Shown here: positions 38,293-46,081 of the stretch, piece after piece
Layout: each line of letters starts with the position of its first letter
How positions within the stretch are numbered: position 1 is the first letter of the stretch
The notes under the pieces: generated by a model
What the model saw: only the letters and a program-made list of their open reading frames with translations
Database searches by the model: none
Told to the model about the DNA's origin: nothing
Origin: an uncultured Alphaproteobacteria bacterium
Lineage (GTDB): Bacteria > Pseudomonadota > Alphaproteobacteria > Bin95
NCBI GenBank assembly: GCA_937891825.1
Contig: CALAHN010000047.1
Span: 6,055 to 70,054 of the forward strand
DNA length: 64,000 nucleotides
Direction of reading: 5' to 3'
Translations under genes and position numbers: made by a program

Positions 38293-39270
38293 ATGGCAGT
38301 CGATGCGATGCATATTCCGGTCGTCGATCTGTCGCCGACGGCCGATGGCGACGCGGCCGGCTTCCAGAAAGTCGCCCGCGAGATCGCGGCCGCGGCCGAG
38401 CAAAGCGGCTTCCTCTACATCACGGGCCATGGGACCCCCCAGGCCTTAATCGACCGGACGTTCGAGGCCTCTAAGGCCTTCTTCGCGCGCACCGATGCCG
38501 AGAAGATGGCGATCTCGCTCGCCCATTCGCCGCATTTTCGCGGATATCTGCCCATCGGCGGCTTCGGCGACAGCACGGAACGCGCCGGCGACCTGGTCGA
38601 GGCCTTTCAGGCGATGCCGGAACTGGCTGCCGACGATCCCGATGTGCTGGCGGGAAAGCCCTTGCATGGGGCGAACCTCTGGCCGGCCGGCATGCCCGGC
38701 TTCCGCGAAACCGTGCTGGACTACATGGCTGCGTTGGCGACGCTGAGCGAGCGGATGCTCCGCGCCTTCGCGGCCGCCCTCACCGTGCCCGACGACATGC
38801 TGCTCTCGAAATTCCGGAAGCCGATATCGCAGCTCCGGCTGATGCATTATCCGGCGCAGGCGCCCCAAAGCGCCGTCGAGGCCCAGGGCGTCAGCCCCCA
38901 TACCGATACCGGCGCCTTCACCATTCTGGCCCAGGACGCCAATGGCGGGCTGGAAGTGCAGAACCGCGACGGCGCCTGGGTCCCGGCCGTGCCGATTCCA
39001 GGCGCATTCGTTGTGAATATCGGCGATAGCATCATGCGCTGGACCAATGACCGGTTCGTCTCGACGCCGCATCGAGTGATCAATCGTTCGGGCCGCGACC
39101 GGTTGTCGTTGCCGTATTTCGTCAACGCCGACTATGACGCCGTGATCGAGTGCCTCCCAACCTGTCAGGGACCGGACAACCCGGCGAAATATCCGCCGCT
39201 GAACCAGGGGCCGCTGGTCTACCAGAAGTTCAAGCGGATCTGGCCGTCGTCCGCCGCACGTCAGCGTTAG
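38293..39270 (+). CDS. 2-oxoglutarate/Fe(II)-dependent oxygenase (isopenicillin N synthase-like)
   Basis: IPVVDLS...FLYITGHG...GVSPHTDTGAFTILAQD...STPHRVIN (HxD...H, RxS). ATG at 38293. Confidence 0.85.
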   Translation: MAVDAMHIPVVDLSPTADGDAAGFQKVAREIAAAAEQSGFLYITGHGTPQALIDRTFEASKAFFARTDAEKMAISLAHSPHFRGYLPIGGFGDSTERAGDLVEAFQAMPELAADDPDVLAGKPLHGANLWPAGMPGFRETVLDYMAALATLSERMLRAFAAALTVPDDMLLSKFRKPISQLRLMHYPAQAPQSAVEAQGVSPHTDTGAFTILAQDANGGLEVQNRDGAWVPAVPIPGAFVVNIGDSIMRWTNDRFVSTPHRVINRSGRDRLSLPYFVNADYDAVIECLPTCQGPDNPAKYPPLNQGPLVYQKFKRIWPSSAARQR

Positions 39271-40061
39271 CCGCCGCCCGCCAGGAAATCCGTCACGAGG
39301 CCGGCCAGTTCCGCCGTGCGGGTCTCGGGCAGCATGTGGCCGCCGCCCTGCAGCTCGACATATTTGCCATTGGCGAGGCCGTTTGCGATCTCGCGGCCGA
39401 ACCAGGTCGGCATCAGTTGATCGTCCTCCGCCGTCAGCGCCAGCACGGGGCAAGCGATGCTTGGGGTCAGCGGGCGGGCATCGAACGCCAGGATCGCTTC
39501 GAGGCGCTTCGCGAATTGCCGGGCGTCCGGCGGCGACGCTTCCGCCGCTTGCCGGGCGAAGCCTGCCTCATGCTTGCGGCGATAGCTTGGCGGGTAGAGC
39601 AGACTTGCGTTGAAGCGGGCGTAGCTCGCCGCGTCGAGCGCCTCTGCGGCCGCGATCCGGAGGCGCTGCATCGTCGTCAGGTAGGGGTCGCCATGGGACC
39701 AGGGCGCCGCCAGGACCATGCGCTCGACCCGGTCGGGATAGGCGGCGGCGAAGGCCAGGCCGATGCCGCAGCCGGTCGAATTGCCGAACACATGCGCCCG
39801 CGGCAGCTCCAGCGCATCCATGAGCTCCGCGACTTCCCGGGCGCGATCCGTCATCGCGTAGCCGTCGCCGGACGTGGGCGGCGCGCTCCGGCCCGTGCCG
39901 CGCTGATCGTAGCAGACGACCGAGAACCGCTCGGCGAGGGCAGCGACGAAGGGCGCGACGCCGACCGGTCCGCTGCTTTGCGGCAGCAGCAGGACCAGCG
40001 GCGCGCCGGCGCCTGACCGGCTGTAATTGATGTCCCCGCCCGCGAGCTGCGCCATCGGCAT
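39267..40061 (-). CDS. Alpha/beta hydrolase (N-formylmaleamate deformylase NicD-like candidate)
   Basis: VCYDQRGTGRS..., nucleophile elbow GNSTG, C-terminal GGGHMLPET. Confidence 0.75.
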   Translation of the reverse strand: MPMAQLAGGDINYSRSGAGAPLVLLLPQSSGPVGVAPFVAALAERFSVVCYDQRGTGRSAPPTSGDGYAMTDRAREVAELMDALELPRAHVFGNSTGCGIGLAFAAAYPDRVERMVLAAPWSHGDPYLTTMQRLRIAAAEALDAASYARFNASLLYPPSYRRKHEAGFARQAAEASPPDARQFAKRLEAILAFDARPLTPSIACPVLALTAEDDQLMPTWFGREIANGLANGKYVELQGGGHMLPETRTAELAGLVTDFLAGGG

Positions 40062-40093
40062 GCGTCGATCCTTTCAAGCTTTGAGGGCGCGGG

Positions 40094-40924
40094 CTATTCC
40101 GCCGCTTCGAACGGCGGCAGGTCAACGACCGCGAGAGCCGCCTTCAGCCGGTCCGCGATGACGGCATAGTCGGCCCGTTCGAAACGCACGAAGCCCTGGA
40201 TGCCGAAGACTTCCGCCGCCTCCGCGGGGAGGCCCGAGACCGCCCGCTCGATCGCGCGCCGGCTCGGCTCAAGCGCTTGCCCGGCCCTGGCGATGAAGGG
40301 CAGGCCGGGGGTCGGGTCCGTCAGGGCGAGGACGCGGAGCCGCTCCGTCGCCTGTTCCCGGCCGACGCTCAACCGCCAGGTGACCGCATCGATCGACGCC
40401 ATGTCGGCGGCGCCCATCGCGACCGCCTCCATCGACGCCCCGTGGGAAGCGGTCTTGACCGCCCGCCCGAAGAAGCGCCCGGCCTGCGCCAGGGGCGCTA
40501 CATGGCTCATCACGGCGCCGTAGCCCGATTGCGAATCGACGCCGTTCAAGGCAAGGGCCGATCCGAAGAAATCCTCGACCGCTGTCCGAGGATCGTCGGC
40601 GCGCACGACCAGGGCGCTTCGATAATATCCCGGCGGGCAGCCTTCGACCCCGTAATCCAGCGCGCCGAGCAGCGTCACCCGTTCCGCCAGCCGCGAGATG
40701 TAGGGGAGGCCGCAGGTCTGTCCCAGGACGAGATCCGGCCGCGTCCATCCGTCCATGCGGGCGGGCGAGCGATCGATCTGATCGGGGGCGGCGATGCCTT
40801 CGGCGCGGAAAGCGTCCCGGATCGCGCCCCAAAGCGCCGCCGCCGCCGGGCGCGTTCCGGCCACATCGTACATCGGCAAAAACGCCAGACCGCCGTTCAT
40901 TCCGTTCATCCCGTCCGATCCCAT
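40094..40924 (-). CDS. PhnD/SsuA-like substrate-binding-fold protein without a signal peptide
   Basis: LAFLPMYDVAGTRPAAAALWGAIRDAFRAEGI matches the N-terminus of cytoplasmic PhnD-like family members. Start is ambiguous (ATGs at 40924/40909/40900; the track start 40948 is a TTG). Confidence 0.55.
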   Translation of the reverse strand: MGSDGMNGMNGGLAFLPMYDVAGTRPAAAALWGAIRDAFRAEGIAAPDQIDRSPARMDGWTRPDLVLGQTCGLPYISRLAERVTLLGALDYGVEGCPPGYYRSALVVRADDPRTAVEDFFGSALALNGVDSQSGYGAVMSHVAPLAQAGRFFGRAVKTASHGASMEAVAMGAADMASIDAVTWRLSVGREQATERLRVLALTDPTPGLPFIARAGQALEPSRRAIERAVSGLPAEAAEVFGIQGFVRFERADYAVIADRLKAALAVVDLPPFEAAE

Positions 40925-41157
40925 CCTGTCCCAGTCAAACCCGGTCAAACCCTGCCAGGCCCTGCCATTCCCGTACCGTACCGTCCGGTACCGTTATTTC
41001 CCAGATTCGCCCGCCATCATCGCCAAATCCGCGCCATGAGGCCAGCGGCCCCGTTCGCCGCGCAAAAGAATCGATCGGCGCGCTTTCGTCCGATAGACTT
41101 GCAAGGCTGTCCGCCCAACCCGCGCCCCACGCAGCCCAGGAACAAGGACGATTCGCC

Positions 41158-42324
41158 ATGAATTACATCGCGCATTCCGCCTTAGACATGTCCGATCCCG
41201 CCCATTATGCCGGCGTTCGCAAGCCGGTCGAGCAAGCGACGCCCTTGCCGAACTGGTGCTACAACTCCGCGGAATTCTACGCGCTGGAAGTCGAGCGCAT
41301 CTTCAAGAAGGCGTGGAACTATGTCGGCCATGCCTCCAGCATTCCGGCGGCGGGCGACTTTTTCACCCATGAAATCACGGGCATGCCGATTGTCCTCGTC
41401 CATGGCCATGACGGGACGATCCGCGCCTTTCACAATGCCTGCCGCCACCGGGGGGCGCCGGTCGCGTCGGGCGCGGGCAATTGCCGGCATTTCTCCTGCC
41501 CCTATCATTCCTGGACCTATGCGACCGACGGCGCGCTGTTCGCGACGCCCCTGATCGACGAGGACGACAACCTCCGCCATGCCGACCTCGGTCTGCTGCC
41601 GGTCCGCCTGGAGCGCTGGCACGGCTTCCTGTTCGTCACCTTCGACGACGGCGCCATGCCCCTGATGGACTGGCTCGGCGATCTGCCCGAGAACTGCGCC
41701 GGCTACGGTCCGGAGACCATGGTCTGCACGCGGCGGGTTTCCTGGGACGTGGCGGCGAACTGGAAGCTGCATTTCGAGAACTTCAACGATTCGCTCCACA
41801 TCCCCTTCATCCATGGCGGGACGCTGAACCGGCAGAAGGTTTCGAGCCGCAAGCGCTCGACCCACGAGGAAATGCGCGGCCAGTGCATCACCCATTTCAC
41901 CGCCCATGAAGGCAGCCGCGGCCTGATGAACGGCCAGACCGGCTTCGAGCCCATCGGCACGCTGTCCGGCCGCTATCTGCAAGGCACGTATTATCCCTGC
42001 ATCCTGCCGGGCACGATGATGGCGTGGACGATCGACTGCATGTGGATCTTCGAGCTGCATCCGACCGGGCCGGCGAGCGTGCGCGTCGTCGGCGCCTCGT
42101 TCTTTCCCGAAGCGGCGACGCAGCGGAACGACTTCGATGCCATCGCCGAGCGCTATTACGAGCGGATGGACGCGATCCTGCCGGAGGATAATGTCGCGGT
42201 GGAGATGCAGCAGTCGGGCTTCCGCACGCCCGTGCAGGCGGCTTCCAAGTTCACCCACATGGAAACCCTCTGCCATGCCTTCGACAACTGGATCGTGGAT
42301 CAGGTGACCGACACGAAATGTTAG
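41158..42324 (+). CDS. Rieske [2Fe-2S] non-heme iron oxygenase, alpha subunit
   Basis: Rieske motif CRHRGAPV...CPYHSW. Catalytic domain with NFNDSLHIPFIH. No beta subunit or reductase nearby. Confidence 0.85.
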   Translation: MNYIAHSALDMSDPAHYAGVRKPVEQATPLPNWCYNSAEFYALEVERIFKKAWNYVGHASSIPAAGDFFTHEITGMPIVLVHGHDGTIRAFHNACRHRGAPVASGAGNCRHFSCPYHSWTYATDGALFATPLIDEDDNLRHADLGLLPVRLERWHGFLFVTFDDGAMPLMDWLGDLPENCAGYGPETMVCTRRVSWDVAANWKLHFENFNDSLHIPFIHGGTLNRQKVSSRKRSTHEEMRGQCITHFTAHEGSRGLMNGQTGFEPIGTLSGRYLQGTYYPCILPGTMMAWTIDCMWIFELHPTGPASVRVVGASFFPEAATQRNDFDAIAERYYERMDAILPEDNVAVEMQQSGFRTPVQAASKFTHMETLCHAFDNWIVDQVTDTKC

Positions 42325-42337
42325 ATGGCAACGTCCG

Positions 42338-43504
42338 TCAGTCCGGCGCCGCCCAGAAATCCAGCCGCCCTCGGCCGACGAGGCCGACTTCGCCCGCGGC
42401 GTCGAGCATGGCGAAATGGGCGGGCAAGGGCGCGCCGGGCCGGAGTCCGGCCCGGTCGACGCCGACTTTCAGACCGAGATCGGCGAAGGCCGGATGGGAC
42501 GCGATCCCAAGGTCCGTTCCGGCCGGCGCGGCCGGTTGGAAGGGCGCGAAGGCTGCTTGAACGGCGGGCGCAAAGCGGGCGGCGAGCGCGCCAAACCCAG
42601 CCGCCTCGATGACCGCGCTATCGCCGACCGCCGGGCAAAGCGCGACGCCCGCCAGGGCCTCGTTGAGGCGCGGCCCGTCGGGTCGGGCGGCCCCTTGCTC
42701 CAGCCAGACCTCGGGCGCGCTGGCCAGGCGGACGCCGGTCCTGACGCCGTTCGCCCCGGCGCCGATGAGCAAGGTCGATCCGGGAATGCCGGCGCCAGCA
42801 TTGAGCATCGCCATGGCGGCCGCCATCCAGACGTTCAGGAAGAACTGACCGGCCGAGGCCAGATATGCCGCGACCGCGTCGTCGGTCAGCAATGGCGCCA
42901 GAATATCGGAGAGCTGCGCGTTCGCAGCCGCGACGCTGGCATGCAGCTCGTCGCCCTGGCGGAGGGCGGCGGCGGCTATCGGCGCCAGCGCGATCGGCGC
43001 CGAACGGAATGCCCGGTCGAGCGCGGGGGCGGCGACCTCCGCCAGCATCCGCAAGCGCGCGGCCGTCGCTTGGGTCGGCGCGCCGAACCGCGCGGCGCCG
43101 GCTGGCGGCCCGTCGTTCAAGGGCGCCCGGCCAAGCGCGCCGGTTTCGCGGCAGACGACCGTCAGAATCGCCGTCGACGGCCCCGCGACGAACGCCAGCG
43201 GCACGACGAGGCCGTGGGACTGCGCCGGGGCGAGCGTAAAATCGCCGTCCAGCACGCCGCGCCGTCCTTCGTCCAGATCGGCGGCCCAGCCTTCCGCCAT
43301 GGCCGCCGCCGCCGCCGCGTTGATGACGCTCCGGGGAATGTCGATCCGGGACCAATAGGCCGGCCCCGCATGCAGCAGCGTCTTCGGCGGCACGCTCAAG
43401 CTCTCGGCCAGTCGGCCGGCGCCGGCCAGAATGGGCGCCGTCGCCGCGAGCAGCCGGGCCGAAGCCAAAGTCGCGGGGCTGGGGGTCGGTCGGGTTTCGG
43501 TCAT
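42338..43504 (-). CDS. DUF1116 (YlbE/AllG-like) family protein
   Basis: KTLLHAGPA, AEGWA, QGDELH, GQFFLNVWMAAAMAMLNAGA and VGDSAVIEAAGFGALA parallel my recollection of E. coli YlbE. Confidence 0.45.
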   Translation of the reverse strand: MTETRPTPSPATLASARLLAATAPILAGAGRLAESLSVPPKTLLHAGPAYWSRIDIPRSVINAAAAAAMAEGWAADLDEGRRGVLDGDFTLAPAQSHGLVVPLAFVAGPSTAILTVVCRETGALGRAPLNDGPPAGAARFGAPTQATAARLRMLAEVAAPALDRAFRSAPIALAPIAAAALRQGDELHASVAAANAQLSDILAPLLTDDAVAAYLASAGQFFLNVWMAAAMAMLNAGAGIPGSTLLIGAGANGVRTGVRLASAPEVWLEQGAARPDGPRLNEALAGVALCPAVGDSAVIEAAGFGALAARFAPAVQAAFAPFQPAAPAGTDLGIASHPAFADLGLKVGVDRAGLRPGAPLPAHFAMLDAAGEVGLVGRGRLDFWAAPD

Positions 43505-43535
43505 GATGGCCCGCCCTCCCGGACAACCCGCCGCG

Positions 43536-44033
43536 TCAGCGCAGCTTCAGCGCGGCCCGGCCCATGTGATTGCCGGCTTCCACCAGAATCGAGAGCGCCC
43601 GCAGAAAGGCCTCCCGCTCCGGCCGGGGCAAAGCTTCGATGGTCCGCGCATGGGCGCGCTCGGCGCATTGATCCAGCGCTTCCAGCAGATCGGCGCCGGC
43701 GGGGGTCAGGACAATCAGGCGGGAACGCTTGTCGCCCGGATTGACGCGCCGATCGAGCAGGCCCCGCCGTTCCAGCCGGACCGCGACATCGGTGATATTG
43801 GTGCGATCGATGCCAAGCGACCGCGCCAGTTCCGCCTGCTCGCACTCGCCGCGCTGCGCCAGTTCGGTCAGCAAGCTGTACTGCACCGGCGTGATGTCGT
43901 GCCCGGCGCATTCCTCCAGGAACAGCGCCACATGGACCTGATGCAGCCGTCGGATGAGGAACCCCGGCCGGGCCAGCAGCGATTGGGCGCGCCAGGGATT
44001 GCCGGCGTCGGCGGCGCGGAATTCGGTCGGCAT
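43536..44033 (-). CDS. MarR family transcriptional regulator
   Basis: ITPVQYSLLTELAQRGECEQAELARSLGIDRTNITDVAVRLERRGLLDRRVNPGDKR is the winged HTH. Confidence 0.9.
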   Translation of the reverse strand: MPTEFRAADAGNPWRAQSLLARPGFLIRRLHQVHVALFLEECAGHDITPVQYSLLTELAQRGECEQAELARSLGIDRTNITDVAVRLERRGLLDRRVNPGDKRSRLIVLTPAGADLLEALDQCAERAHARTIEALPRPEREAFLRALSILVEAGNHMGRAALKLR

Positions 44034-44108
44034 CTGGCAGTCTCCCGTGCCGGAAGCCGGCGCATCGGATGGCGAAGTCCGGGGGGTCTAATCGGTTTCG
44101 CCGCATCC

Positions 44109-45260
44109 TCAAAGACCGAAGGCTCGCCGAATGCGCGCGCTGAGCGCTTTCAGGGCAAAGCCGATGCCGCCGGCGGTCGCGCTTGCGTCGACCGCCTCTC
44201 CGGCCGCGGCTTTCGCCAGGTTGCCTGAAAATTCGCCGATCAGCAGCTTCGCCGCCTCCGCGACGACAGCGCCCCTGGAGAACTGGGCCAGGCCGCCGCG
44301 GACGTTGTAGCGGAGCGCGATATCCAACTGGCTGCGCCCGCCATCGACTGCGTTGAGCGCGAAGTCCAACTGGCCGTCGGCGCGGGTGCGGCTGGACTTG
44401 TCCTCGCCGCCGCCGCCGATCCGGCCGGTTCGCTCGCCATCGTCGAAGCTGACCTTGGCGGCGCCCTCGAACGACGCCCGCATCGGCCCGATCGCGACGG
44501 CGAACACGCCCCGCGCGACGCCTGCGCCAGCATCGAACGCCTGGAGCGTTGCGCCCGGCAGGCAGGCCGCGACTGTCTCGACATCCCGAAGCACGGCCCA
44601 GGCCTTATCGGCGGGCAGGTCCAGGATTTCGGAAAGCGCGATCTCGGCCGCATCCGCCGGAAGCGTCGGCGCGGCATAAGGCGCGCTATCGGCTTCGGGC
44701 GCGGCGCGCGCGGCGACTGCGGCTGGGGCGGCAGGCGACGCTCGCTTGACGCCGGCAAAAGCGAGCGGCTCGGCCCGGACCGCATCCGCCGGCCGCGACG
44801 GCGGGTTCGCGGCGACTTCGTGGATCGCTGCGACCATGCCGGCATAGCCGGTGCAGCGGCAGAGGTTCCCCGCCAGTTCTTCGCGAATACGCGCGGGATC
44901 GGCGCCCGGCAGGCGGGTGACGATGTCGTAGGCGGTCGCCAGCACGCCCGGCGTGCAATAGCCGCATTGCAGGCCATGATGCACGCTGAACGCCCGGCGG
45001 AGCGCCGCCATCACGGGATCGTCGTCGAAACTTTCGATCGTCCGGATGCTGACGCCGTCCGCCGCCGCCGCGAAATCGATGCAGGTCCGCTGCGGCGCGC
45101 CGTCGACCAGCACGGTGCAGGCCCCGCAAACGCCATGCTCGCAGCCCAGATGCACGCTGGTCAGTTGCATGTCTTCGCGCAGGAAATCCGCGAGATGGGT
45201 CCGGGGCTGAACCTCGCGCGTGACGACCGAGCCGTTGATGGTGAGGGTAACCGTCGTCAT
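44109..45260 (-). CDS. [2Fe-2S] small subunit of a xanthine dehydrogenase/CO dehydrogenase-family Mo-hydroxylase, fused to a CoxG-like SRPBCC domain
   Basis: N-terminal part LGCEHGVCGACTVLVDG...QCGYCTPG...NLCRCTGY. C-terminal part IALSEILDLPADKAWAVLRDVETVAACLPGA... is CoxG-like. ATGA overlap with the FAD subunit. Confidence 0.85.
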   Translation of the reverse strand: MTTVTLTINGSVVTREVQPRTHLADFLREDMQLTSVHLGCEHGVCGACTVLVDGAPQRTCIDFAAAADGVSIRTIESFDDDPVMAALRRAFSVHHGLQCGYCTPGVLATAYDIVTRLPGADPARIREELAGNLCRCTGYAGMVAAIHEVAANPPSRPADAVRAEPLAFAGVKRASPAAPAAVAARAAPEADSAPYAAPTLPADAAEIALSEILDLPADKAWAVLRDVETVAACLPGATLQAFDAGAGVARGVFAVAIGPMRASFEGAAKVSFDDGERTGRIGGGGEDKSSRTRADGQLDFALNAVDGGRSQLDIALRYNVRGGLAQFSRGAVVAEAAKLLIGEFSGNLAKAAAGEAVDASATAGGIGFALKALSARIRRAFGL

Positions 45261-46081
45261 GCCGCGATCTCCTGAGGCGCGAGGGCGAGACGGGCGGCGC
45301 GCTCCAGCGCTTCGGCGTGCAGCCGCTGCGCGGCCGGCGCGCGTTCGGGCGCGAGCCGGGCGACGATATCCGCCGCGGCGCGCGGGTCCGCCAGCAGTTC
45401 GGCGGCGTCCGGCACGAGGATCGGCGTCCGCTCGACGGCGCCGATGACCGCCCGCGTCTCGCCGCGATCCGGATCGTGCAATACGGCGGCGGCGGCTTTC
45501 GCGAACTCGCCGGTTTTCCGGCAGAATTTCCAGTAGCCCCACCTAGCGTGCGGCCCGCGCTTCGGCAGACGGAGGCCCGTCAACAGATGATCGAAGGCAA
45601 GCGCGACCTGAAACGGCCCGACCAGAAAGTCGGCGAGCGGCGCGGCGCGCGGCCCGGCAGGCCCGAGCGTCAACGCCTCGGCCCCCAAAGCCAGCAGGAC
45701 GGTCGGCCAGTCGGCGGCGGGATCGGCATGGACGACGCTGCCGCCGATCGTGCCCTTGTTCCGGACCGCCCGATAAGCGATGCCCCGCGCGATCGGCGCG
45801 AGCCAGCCGGGCGTCGCGTCCGGAACAAGCCTGTCCTCGAACGCCGCATGGGTAATGCCGGCGCCATAGACAACGGCGTCGGCCGTCGCCGCGACGGCAG
45901 CCAAGTCGGCCGCGCGGCGGATATCGACCAGCTTGTCCGGCCGCGCCAGCCGCAAGTTCAGCATCGGGCCGAGAGACTGGCCGCCTGCGATGATCTTCGT
46001 CTGCGGTCCGCCAGCGCCGAGGCAGCGCACCGCGTCGGCCGCATCGACCGCGCGGACATAATCGAAGCGCGCGGCCTTCAT
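45257..46081 (-). CDS. FAD-binding medium subunit (CoxM-like) of the Mo-hydroxylase
   Basis: MKAARFDYVRAVDAADAVRCL...KIIAGGQSLGPMLNLRLARP. Confidence 0.85.
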   Translation of the reverse strand: MKAARFDYVRAVDAADAVRCLGAGGPQTKIIAGGQSLGPMLNLRLARPDKLVDIRRAADLAAVAATADAVVYGAGITHAAFEDRLVPDATPGWLAPIARGIAYRAVRNKGTIGGSVVHADPAADWPTVLLALGAEALTLGPAGPRAAPLADFLVGPFQVALAFDHLLTGLRLPKRGPHARWGYWKFCRKTGEFAKAAAAVLHDPDRGETRAVIGAVERTPILVPDAAELLADPRAAADIVARLAPERAPAAQRLHAEALERAARLALAPQEIAA

